Part shown: one piece after another, positions 39,165-49,601 of the stretch
Layout of the letters: each line of letters opens with the position of its first letter
Numbering within the stretch: position 1 is the first letter of the stretch
Assembly (NCBI RefSeq): GCF_030144855.1
Contig: NC_082709.1
Coordinates: forward strand, 178,498,001-178,562,000
From: Hypanus sabinus
Lineage: Eukaryota
Length of the DNA: 64,000 nt
Direction: 5' to 3'
The notes under the pieces: generated by a model
The model's input: the letters and a program-made list of their open reading frames with translations, nothing else
What the model was told of the DNA's origin: nothing
Database searches by the model: none
Program-made: the position numbers and the translations under genes

Positions 39165-39740
39165 GATGGAAAGTAATCATTAAGAACCCCACCCGCAGAT
39201 GTTTAATGAGGAGGAACCCATCACCACTGCTTGTCTTACTTATTTTTCCATGGTTTCTGGAAGGATTGCCAGGATCCTGAAGAAATACCAGATTAATACT
39301 ATCCACAAACCTGTAAGAAAGTTCAAACCACAGTTTATGTGGGTAAAAGATGATCTGGAACTCGGGATTTTATAGGATTCCCTGTGAATGCAGAGCAACA
39401 TATATCACCCAGATGAGATTCAAGGTGGAAACCTGCATCAAGGAGTGTATCCATTTGCGCTACCCAGTGTATTTGGTGATATCAGAACATTGTATTCGCA
39501 GTGGCCATAGGATTGACTTCAGCACAGATGACTTCAGTACCACACCAATGGCTTTTGGGCCCATCTAATAAAATGAAACCATTAAAATAAAACTAGAGAA
39601 AAATAATTTTAACAAAGATGGAAGTCTTGCTCCAAGAATTGGAATTCAATTGCAAAGAAAGTGGGATAGCTGAAGCCTGATTGGTTGGTCCTCAACCAAT
39701 CAGGAGGAATGGACGATGGGGTGTATATATACCACTGGAC
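39165..39740 (+). mobile_element. Penelope-like element, GIY-YIG endonuclease remnant
   Basis: Frames read VSGRIARILKKYQINTIHKP, SGFYRIPCECRATYITQ (GIY-YIG), ISEHCIRSGHRIDF and NNFNKDG. Confidence 0.8.
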
Positions 39741-39974
39741 TGTTTTTAAAAATGTTGTATGTTCTTCCGTGACCACATTGGTTTCCTCCGGGACCTTCAG
39801 TTTCCTCCCACAGTCCAAAGACATGCTGGTTGATTATTCATTTTAAATTGTCCTAAATACTAGGCTAATTGGTTAATTCAGTGGGTTGCTGGACGACATG
39901 CTGGAGGAGCCTATTCTGTACTGTGTCTTTAAATAAATACTAGAAAAACGGTATCCAATTTGCCCAACACACCT

Positions 39975-40400
39975 AACAGCAGGTCAGGCAGCATCTGTCA
40001 ATGGAAATAGGCAGTTGACATTTCGGGTTCAGATTCTTAAATAAGACAGAAAAGAAAGAGAGTGGATAGCCAACATAAAGAGATAGGGGGAAGGAATGGA
40101 GCGAGAGCTGGTGGGTGATGGGTGAATCCTCGCCTGAATGGCAGGTGAGCAAAAGGCGAGAGTCAAAGGTTCTCTTCCCACTCCATCATGTGCTTATAAA
40201 AGCCCTTCATCTGCATTGACCTATCACTGCCGGCTCTTGCTCCACCCCTTCCCCCAACTTTTTATGCTGGCTCATTCCTTTTTTCTAGGAGGCAACCGGA
40301 AACATGGATTGTCCATTTTCTTTCATTGATGCTACTTGATTCATTGAGTGCATTCAGCTCCTCTGTGTGCAACTCCAGATTTCCAGCATCTGCCGTCTCT
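39975..40400. mobile_element. Inverted pair of Penelope-like terminal repeats
   Basis: agcaggtcaggcagcatct on the left, and the reverse-oriented copy ending ccagatttccagcatctgc on the right. Confidence 0.6.
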
Positions 40401-40944
40401 TATCTCCAGTTAGCTCAATCCACCTCAGCCAATTTACCCATCATTGTATAACTGGGCTATAATTTCTGAACAGTTTCGCCTTTGAACTACATTCAGCATT
40501 TCATCATTTCTCCCTGGCTCTAAAATTGCTAATTAACCTTGTCTCTGTGCAAAAGTTATTGTACAATTCCTGGTGTTTAAACTGTCCAAGTTGCATTTTA
40601 TGAAGCCATCTTCCCAACTATATTGGCTGGTTTAATTTCTACTGTCTGCAAAAATTAGTGTTCCTAATTATTATTACATTATACTCTTATTTCTTCATGA
40701 AACTTCTCTTCTGTTAGTCTTAAGAGGGTACTTGAAAGCTTGTCCCATTCACATTTGTTTACTGGATCAGCATTGTAACTTCAGAGCTTGGATTATTCCT
40801 TCCTCCTCATTAATATTGTCCATTATGATCATTTTGTTCCATTTTCCCACCTCCTCTCTCTGTATTCTATCAATGATATGATCATAGTTAAATTTGAAAG
40901 CCGGGGTTTTTATCTCTGTGATATAATTTGGGGGCAAAACACCT

Positions 40945-41445
40945 TAGTCATCGTCATTGTCTTCTTGAGCCCTTAGCTCCCAGTGGAGCATAGCCTTCGA
41001 TGACCTCCATTCCCCATCATCCTCTGTGCCAAGTTAGTTTCTTGAAGATGGACCAGGAGTGTCCCCATCATCTCATTTTGATCTCAACATTTCTCCTCCA
41101 TGTGTTCTTTGGGTGTCCCTCTTTCCTCTTTACTTGGAGGTTCCATTTGAATTCCTGCCTGGCGATCTTGTTGGTTTGTTTCCTTAAGGTGTGGCCAATC
41201 CACCCCCATTTCCGTTTGCATATTTGTATCTCTATCAATTCCTGGTTGTGTTTCCCTACAGCTTCTAGTTGGTTACTTTGTCAGCCCATCTGATGTTTAG
41301 GATTCTTCTCAGAAACTGGGTGGTGAGAGCCTGCAGCTTTTGTAATGTCTTTTGTTGTTCTCCAGGGTTCAGAGCCAGATAGGAGCACTGTTTTAACGCT
41401 TCTATTGAAGATTTTGATTTTGGTTTTCCTTGATCTGACTCTGGG
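40945..41445 (-). mobile_element. RTE-clade LINE 3' fragment
   Basis: Reverse strand reads RKWGWIGHTLRK..IARQEFKWN..KRKRGTPKNTWRR, typical of the RTE C-terminus. Confidence 0.8.
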
Positions 41446-41533
41446 TGTTCTGAGGAAATAGAGAAAAACAGAAGATACAGATTTATTTATTTATCACCTG
41501 TACATTGAAACAGCCAAATGTGTCATTTGCATT

Positions 41534-42332
41534 TGTTGGAAAAGAGAGAGATAGAGAATTACTGCTTCTACCTCTTCCAACAATTCTGAGTGAGGCACAG
41601 AGAGATTGGTATTACTGACAATTATCTTTATTGTTCAAACTAACAAATACGTGAATTCATACATTAAATACCTTGTGCGCACAGCTACTAAGTACCCCTG
41701 ACTCTCCTGGATAGTCAAAGAATAGCAAAGGTATTACCTGGGCAGAGGAATTTATGCTGGTCAGGCGCTCCTTGTTCCTGGTGGTCCCGATTCACTCTCC
41801 ACGTGCTTCATGCAGGGTTGTTCTTGCTTGTGTCTGCGATGGTTATTCTTCGAAGGCCACACAAAGCATCCACTTTTATATCCATTTCTTAACAATTCAA
41901 ATGTTGCATTCCCGTGTCATTGGCCTCAGGTCATGTGACTGGTCATTGGCTCTGGTCCAAGCAGCCTCCATCTATTGTCCTCTTCCCATCAAGGGACAGT
42001 TGCTGACTCATGGCTCTTTGTTCTCAGTCAGCAATGAGCTCGAATCGCCTCAGGCATTCACAATCCTGCATGTTATAACCAACCAAAGAACACCTCACAA
42101 ACAACTCCTTATTTGGAAATGACCTCCAGTCCAGCAGATTACCTGGTCTTTGTGTCTTCTTTAAAACACTAATCAAGTCCAGCATGTCAAGCTCACAAAA
42201 TGGAGAATTGAGTGTCTTCACAAAATGGCAGCCTCCATCTCCCAAGCACACGGCAAGAACAAAGACTGCTTCCACTGTTCTTGATTCATTTGAATTCACT
42301 GATTTGAAGATTGTCATTCTTTCTGGCCAACA
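41534..42332 (-). mobile_element. Solo LTR (799 bp) inserted in another repeat
   Basis: TGTTGG...CCAACA termini, TSD CATT/CGTT, minus-strand TATAAAA (~41874-41881) and AATAAA (~41627-41632). Confidence 0.85.
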
Positions 42333-42964
42333 CGTTAATAACCAACACAACCTAAGGATTTGCTGGGGACAGCCCGTGAGTGTCACAGCACGTACAAGTG
42401 CCACATAGCATGCCCACAAAGTTCAGCAGAACAACAACAGCAAAGCAAGCCCCTTTCTTCCCTATCATCCATGTGGCCACCCATTCACGCTCAGAGATTG
42501 TCCTCAAATCCCAGGACTGGGCCACCAGCACCTTTGGCCTAGCAGATGTCAGCCTATAATTTCACCAGCGTACTCGCGGGCTCACAGATCCAGGGCTTTA
42601 GCTCAATTCCTGGACATCTGCTCAAACTATGGACTTCGAATTTTCAATATTGACCTCAGGACTTGTTGATGGTGGGACCTTGAACTCCACCCTTTCATCT
42701 TGGCAATTCTGAACTTGAGTACCTACGGAAGTCAATGACCCTTGTGTCTCCTATCTGCACAGACCTCCAAGCCTTCATCCTTGCTGGCCCATGTTCACGG
42801 CACTTGCTGGACAAACGTCCATCCATGATGTCTGACATGCATGTAGTCACTGGCTGTGGAGTGGAGGTCTAGACTCCAGCCTTTCCTCTAACCGTAATGC
42901 CCCTAAGCCCTAACCTGTCACCAAAACCATCCACATGAACCTAAAAAGGCAACTAAGTCTGAGT

Positions 42965-43781
42965 AACACACACAAAATACTGGAGGAACTCAGCAGGCCG
43001 GGCAGCATCTACGGGGAAAAAAGTACGGTTGACGTTTCGGGCTGAAACCCTTCAGGAGGACTGGGGAATGAAAGCCAAAGAGTAGGTTTAAAAGGTGGGG
43101 GGAGGGAGAAACATTAGGTGATGAGTGAAAACTGCAGGGTGAGGGATGAAGGAAAGAGTTAGGAAGTTGATTGGTGAAAGTGACAGAAGGCCACGGAAGA
43201 AAGAAAAGTGGGGAGGAGCACCAGAGGCAGGTTTAATGGGAAGTGGAATTAAAATGTCTTCATTCCGATAAGTCCATCCTTGGCCTCCTCCACTGTCATG
43301 ATGAGGCCACACTTAGGTTGGAGGAACAACACCATATATTCCGTTTTGGGTAGCCTCAACCTCATGGCATGAACATCAGTTTCTTGAACTTCCAGTAATG
43401 GAACCCCTCCCCCCCCATTACCATTTCCCATCCTCTTTTCCCTCTCTCACTTGATCTCCTTGCCCACAAATCACCACCCTATGGTGCTCTGCCCCCCATT
43501 TTTCTTTCTTCCATGGCCTACCTCTTTCCCCAATCAACTTCCCAGCTGTTTACTTCATCCCTCCCCCTCCAGATTTCGCCTATCACCCGGCATTTCTCAC
43601 TCCTCTTCCCCCACCTTTTAAATCTACTCCTCAGCTTTCTTTCTTCAGTCTTGATGAAGGGTTTCAGCCTGAAATGTCAGCTATGCTTCTCGCCATAGGT
43701 GCTGCCTGGCCTACTGAGCTCCTCCAGCATTTTGTGTGTGTAGCTTGGATTTTCAGCATCTGCAGATTTCCTCAGGTTTGT
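42965..43781. mobile_element. Penelope-like insertion with inverted pseudo-LTRs and 14-bp TSD
   Basis: Inverted terminal arms, internal LEEQHHIFR..LNLMA/GMN endonuclease C-terminal remnant, and flanks AACTAAGTCTGAGT / AACTAAATCTGAGT. Confidence 0.85.
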
Positions 43782-43959
43782 AACTAAATCTGAGTCATAA
43801 GCTTTATGGGGAAGCCACCTTGACTAGAATACAATACAGAGATGTACAGCATGGAAAAGTCCATTCAGCCCACTGTGTCTTTCCTGCCCTCTGGGCACCC
43901 ATCTGTACTAATCCCATCTTCCACCCTTGACTGATTTTTTTCTTTAAATGCTCACCTGG

Positions 43960-44455
43960 ACTCAGGGGCAGGTGCCTTCTGCCCCTAATAAAGCGGCCAC
44001 TCTTCATTGTTTTCTGTTACTGTAGCCCATCCACTTCAAGGTTTGACATGTTGTGCTTCAGAGATGCTCTTCTGCCCACCACTGTTGTAACGTGCAGTTA
44101 TTTCAGTTACTGTTACCTTCCTGTCAGCTTGTACCTGTCTGGCCATTCTCCTCTGACCTCTCTCATTAGCAAGGCATTTTTACCCTCAGAACTGTTGCTC
44201 ACTGGATGATTTATTTTGTTTATTTTTCACACCATTGTCTGTAAACTCTAGAAACTGCAGTGTGTGAAAATTCCAGATCAGCAGGTTCTGACCTCATCTG
44301 GCACCAACAATGATCCCATGGTCAAAGTCATTTAGATCCCATTCCTTCCCCATTTTGATGTCTAATCTGAACTACTAGACATCTCGACAATGTCTGCATG
44401 CTTTATGCATTAAGTTACTGCCACATGATTGGCTGATTAGATACCTGCATTAACA
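43960..44455 (-). mobile_element. Tc1/mariner non-autonomous element
   Basis: cctaataaagcggccact TIR, with internal sequence matching 29580-30150. Confidence 0.8.
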
Positions 44456-45044
44456 TTTGAAAATGGGAAAGCCACTTTCTATGAGCTCATAAGAAATGAT
44501 TGCTTAATTCAGAAGGTAAAACAGCTTATTGAAAACAGTTTGTCAAAGGACCTGATGGAGTTTAAAAAAACAGCTTAAACTGATGAAATGCTGCAGAGTG
44601 CATTTTACAATAGATGAAAATGCACATTGCAAGTCATCATTAGAATGACAGGTGCAATGTGATTCACTATTGTGTTGACATTGTTGACCTGCTTCAAGTG
44701 GATAAATGTGTAATTTGCCCAGATTATAATGGAGTTCAAATGGAACTAAACCACCTTGGAAATGGAGCTGCTAAGCAGGAAAATGACACAGCCGTATTCA
44801 AGAATAAATGCCTCAGATAAAATAGTGACAAAAAGCAAATACCTCCTGGATAAGCATCAACTAACACATCAGCTGTCAAAACTGCTCCACCAGACAAGAA
44901 ACCATCCACTGAAAAGATCTTGACACTGGTAACCATCAATGTAGAATTTAATTGGGTTATCACACTCTTTAAGCAATAATTTTCATATTCATTCAAGGGA
45001 TGTACTCTTTGCTGAGCTAACACTTAATTAGATTAGGTAGGATT

Positions 45045-46000
45045 AGTTTTATTTGTCACACCTACGTCGATACATACAGTGAAATGTGTCATTTGCATCG
45101 ACAGTCAATACAGCTCCAAGGATGTGCTGGGGCTAGCCAGCAGGTGTCACAATGCTTCTGGTACCAACATAGCATGTTCACAACTTGTAAACCTAACCCC
45201 TACATCTTTGGAATGTGGGAGGCAACTGGAGCACCCAGAGGAAACCCATCAGCAAGGGGAGAATATACAAACTCCTTACAGACAGAGGCAGAAATTGAAC
45301 TATTGTTCAATTATGCTATTGTTCTGCCTGGTACTAAATGCCCTTGAAGTACCCTTGGGTGCCATGGTAGAATAGCAGTTTATGGGGAACTCCAGATTTT
45401 GGAGTTAGTTCCAGTGCTATTCTGCAAGGAGTTTCCGTGGAACGAGTTGGCTTTCCCGAGGTTCTCCAGTTTCCTCTCTCAGTCTAAAGTTCATTCATTA
45501 TGTGCCATGCTGTGTCATGCTGATCATGGTCTTTCCATGACCATGATTGTTCTTGGCAAACTTCTCCGGAAGAGGTTTACCATTGTCTTCTTCTGGACAG
45601 GGCCTTTACAAGGTGGTGACCCCAGCCATTGTCAATACCCTTCAGAGATTGTCTCCCCATCAACAGTGGTCACACAGCTAGGACTTGTGATATGCAACAG
45701 CTGCTCATATGTCCATCAACCACCTGCTCCCGTGGCTTTGCATGACTCTGATGGGGGGACTAAGCAAGTGCTACACCTAGTCCAAGGGTGACCTGCAAAC
45801 TAGCTGAGGGAAGGAGTGCCTTACACCTCCTTTGGTAGGGACGTATCTCCACCTCACCACACGTACATACCAGGTAGGTTAATTGGTCATTGTAAATTGT
45901 TCTGTGATTAGCTTAGGGTTAATCAAGGTTGTGGGGTTGCTGGGGTGGCATGACTGGAAGTGCCAGAAGGTCCTTCGCTGTGCTACATTGCTAAATAAAT
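45045..46000. mobile_element. Two V-domain SINEs (minus ~45045-45300; plus ~45357-46000, split by an unclassified repeat at ~45490-45860)
   Basis: V-domain ggagcacccagaggaaaccca on the minus copy and ggctttcccgaggttctccagtttcct on the plus copy. Confidence 0.6.
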
Positions 46001-46499
46001 TGAAGATGGTAAACTGTCTTCTTGAACTTCTTCAGTTTTAAGGTGTGAATATTCCCACAGTTCCTTTAGGGAGGGATTTCTGTGATGTTGTCTTGGCTGT
46101 GGTTATGGAATAGCAATTATATTTCCAGATTAGATGGTGTGTGGGATTGGCTAATGTCTTCCAGGTAGGGGTGTTCCAATATATTTACTGTTTTCAAACC
46201 TTTCAACTGGCAGAGATGGTGGATTCGGGAGGCACTGTCGAAGGAGTCTTGGCAAGATGCTGGCATGCATTCCTGTTGATGGTATACACAGCTGCTGCTT
46301 GGCATTAGCACTGGGGTGAATGAAGAGTTGTGGATGCATCCCCTGCCAAGTGTGCTGCTTTGTTCTATATGGTGCCAAGGTTCCTGAATGTTGTTGAAGC
46401 TGCTTTCATCCAGGCAAGTGGAGAGTGTTCCATCACACACCCGACATAAGAGTTGTAGGTGGTGAACAGTGACCCACCTCCTAACTCACCAAAGCCTAC

Positions 46500-47050
46500 A
46501 ACTTCAAAGTTCAAAATCAATATATGTACTGTGATGATAAATGTCACCATGTACAACCTTGAGACTCAATGTCTTGTGGGCCTTCATAGTAAGTACAAAG
46601 AAACAAAACAAGCAAAATAATAAATAAATACATTTCAAGAGCATGAGATGAAGAATCCTTGAAAGTGACTCCTTTGGTTTTGGGAACAGATCACTTTTGG
46701 GGTGAGTGAAGTCATCCCCACTAGTTCAGAGCCTGATGATTGAAGGATAATAACTGTTCTTGAACCTGGTGGTGTGAGCCCTGAGGCTTCTGTACCTCTT
46801 CCCCGATAACAGCAGTGAGAAGAGAGCGTGACCTGAGTGGTGGGAGTCTCTGATGATGGATGCTGCTTTCCTGCGACAGTGCTCCCTAGATATGTTAAAT
46901 GGCGTGGATGTCACAGGCCATATAGACTGGGCAATATCCACTATTTCTTGTAGGCTTTTCCATTCAAGGGCATTGGTGTTTCCATATCAGGCTGTGATGC
47001 AACCAGACAACACACTATCCATAAGTACATCTGCAGATGTTTGTCAATAT
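46500..47050 (-). mobile_element. Rex1-derived 3' fragment
   Basis: ORF 46726-46941 RRKAASIIRDSHHSGHALFSLLLSGKRYRSLRAHTTRFKNSYYP is a Rex1 C-terminus. Confidence 0.85.
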
Positions 47051-47079
47051 TTTAGATACATCCATAACCTATCAGTCAA

Positions 47080-47930
47080 CATCAAGAAGACAAAAATAAA
47101 TTGATTTCAGAATGACAAAAGGTTCCAAACAAGCCCCGATATTCATTCATGGTGAGGTAGTAGGAATTGTCTCCAGTTTCAAGATTCTGTGGATAAACAT
47201 CTCCAAGGAGCTCTCTTGATCCATCAGCGTTCTTCGATAGTACGGAAGGCACAACAGCAAATATACTACCTGAGGTATTTTAGAGCTAATCTGTCCCAAA
47301 AATTGCTGGCCAACTTTTAATGTTCAATAGAAAGCATACTGACATACTGAGTAACAATGTGAAATTCTACCTGTGCAAGACAGATCACAAAGCATTCCAA
47401 TAGGTGCTTAGAACATCTCAGCACATCATTGGGACTCGACTACTGGACCTGGAGACAATCTACAACACTTGATATCTACAGTGCATTTGTAACATCATTA
47501 AAAACCCATCCCATCATGGACACTGTCTGTAAATCTCCTGCCATTGGGTAGGAAATAAAGAAATGTCTTAGCCAAGACATTAAGATTGAAAGATAGTTTC
47601 TTCCTGAGAGCGGTTGTGCAGCTGAATAATGCTACACCCCAGTAACACACAGTTTGTTTATGGCTCGAGTCAATCCACTGTCAATGCAGTAGCCTTTACC
47701 CTCCATTGTGTCCTCACCCACCTGCAAGATGGGGTCTCATATGCAAGACTGCTGTTTATGGATTTCAGTTCAGCATTTAACACCATCATACATCAGACAC
47801 TAGTAGGGGAAACTGCCCTCTCTGGATCTCAACATCTCCCTCCATAACTGTATCCTGGACTTCTTAACAGTCAGTCTGTGTGGGCAGCAATGTCTCTGGT
47901 CCCATTACGCTGAACACTAGTGCTGTCTGC
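47080..47930 (+). mobile_element. Rex1 LINE fragments
   Basis: ORF 47629 SYARLLFMDFSSAFNTII is the Rex1 RT motif. It is preceded by a C-terminal IIKNPSHHGH...LKDSFF remnant. Confidence 0.8.
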
Positions 47931-48924
47931 TCTGAAAGTAGCCTCTCCAGTATCGGAGACATCCTCTCCACGTTACTTGGGCCTTTCAATTTTCAGTAGG
48001 TTTTGTTGATATTCCACCCAACCCCCACCCAATTTTTCTAAATTCCAGTGAGTATAGGCCTGGAGCTATCAAAAGCTCTTCATACGTTAACCCTTTCACT
48101 CCTGCAATCATTCTTGTGGTCATCCTCTGCACCCTCCCTCATGCCAGCACTTGATTTCTCAGATATGGTGCGGCTCACAATAATCCAAATGCAGTCTCGT
48201 CAGTGCCTTCTAAATCCTCAGCAAGTATGGATGTTTGCTGATGATCACACAACATTCTGCACCATTCAGAACTCTGCAAATAATGAAGACACAGGTGAGA
48301 CTGCGGATGCTGGAATTCTGGAGCAACATGCGAAAATTGCTGGTGGACTTCAGCAGCGTGGGCAGCATCTGCCCAACCTGTCAAGTTCTCTAACAGTTAG
48401 TGTGGTTCTTCAGATGATGGAGCAGACCACACCCAAAGGCAAAAAGACCTGGACTTGACTAATAGGCAGCAAGCAGCATTCATGCAATCAGTAGCAAGTG
48501 CTGGGGACAAGGACAGCTTTCAACAAGACAAAAAAAATAAGCTATCACCCCCTGATGTTTAATGGCATTGGCATCACTGAATTTGCCCACTAACGACATC
48601 CTGAGTTATCTCTGACCAGAAAATGAACTGGAGTAGCCACGTACACAAGGCTACAACAGTGAGCCAGAGTCCAGCAACTCTGAGGCCACTAACCCACATA
48701 CTGTAACTCCCCAAAGCCTGCAAGGTTGTGAAGATCTGGCATATCATCTAGAATAGAACTTCATTGTCATTGCTCATGACAACGAGATTGTGGTGCTACT
48801 CCATTCTGTATAGAACAGATACTTACAATGCATGTGGTATGGCTTAATTTAAAAAAATACATATTTACATGCAACAGGTGACTTTGATCATCCAAAGCAC
48901 TCATAGACCATTGGTAAGTTGGGC

Positions 48925-49570
48925 ATACCATGGATGTTCAGTCCCTATACACTTCTATCCCATATCAAGATGGCCTCAAAGCTCTGAGTTCTTTCTTGAG
49001 AAAAGAACCAACTCTACCACCACCCTCCTCCTCCTGGCAGAACTGGTCTTCATCCTGAACAATGGCCTCCTCCCACTTTCTCCAATCTCGAGGGGTAGCC
49101 ATAGACACTTGCGAGGGTTCCAGCTATCCCTGCTTCTTCATGGCTATATGGACCAGTCTATGTTCAAAGCCTTCCTCGGTTATACTCCCTAACTTTTCCT
49201 CCACTACACTGATGACTGATTCGGTGCCTTTTCATGCATCATACTGAGCTCATCAATTTCATCAACTTTGCATCTAGCTCCCTCCCTGCACTTAAATTCA
49301 CTTGATCCATGTCTGACAACCCCCCCCCCCCCACCCTCCCCCTTTCTTGATCTCTCTGTCTTCATCTCTGGAAGTAAACTGTGAACTGATATCTTTTATA
49401 AACTTACTGATTCCTATGGTTATCTTGACTATTCCTTTTCCCACCCTATCTCCCGTAAAAGTACTATTCCCTCTTCTCTTTCTTGCATCTTTTCCCAGGA
49501 TACTGTCTTCCTTTCCAAGTCATCAGAGATGTCCTCCTCCTTTAACAAATGGGGGGTTCCCTCCCTGTAC
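48925..49570 (+). mobile_element. Penelope-like reverse transcriptase remnant
   Basis: Frames read TMDVQSLYTSIP, TTTLLLLAELVFILNN and SHFLQSRGVAIDT..GSSYPCFF. Confidence 0.8.
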
Positions 49571-49601
49571 TATTTAAGTCAAGTCAAGTTTATTGTCATT
49601 A

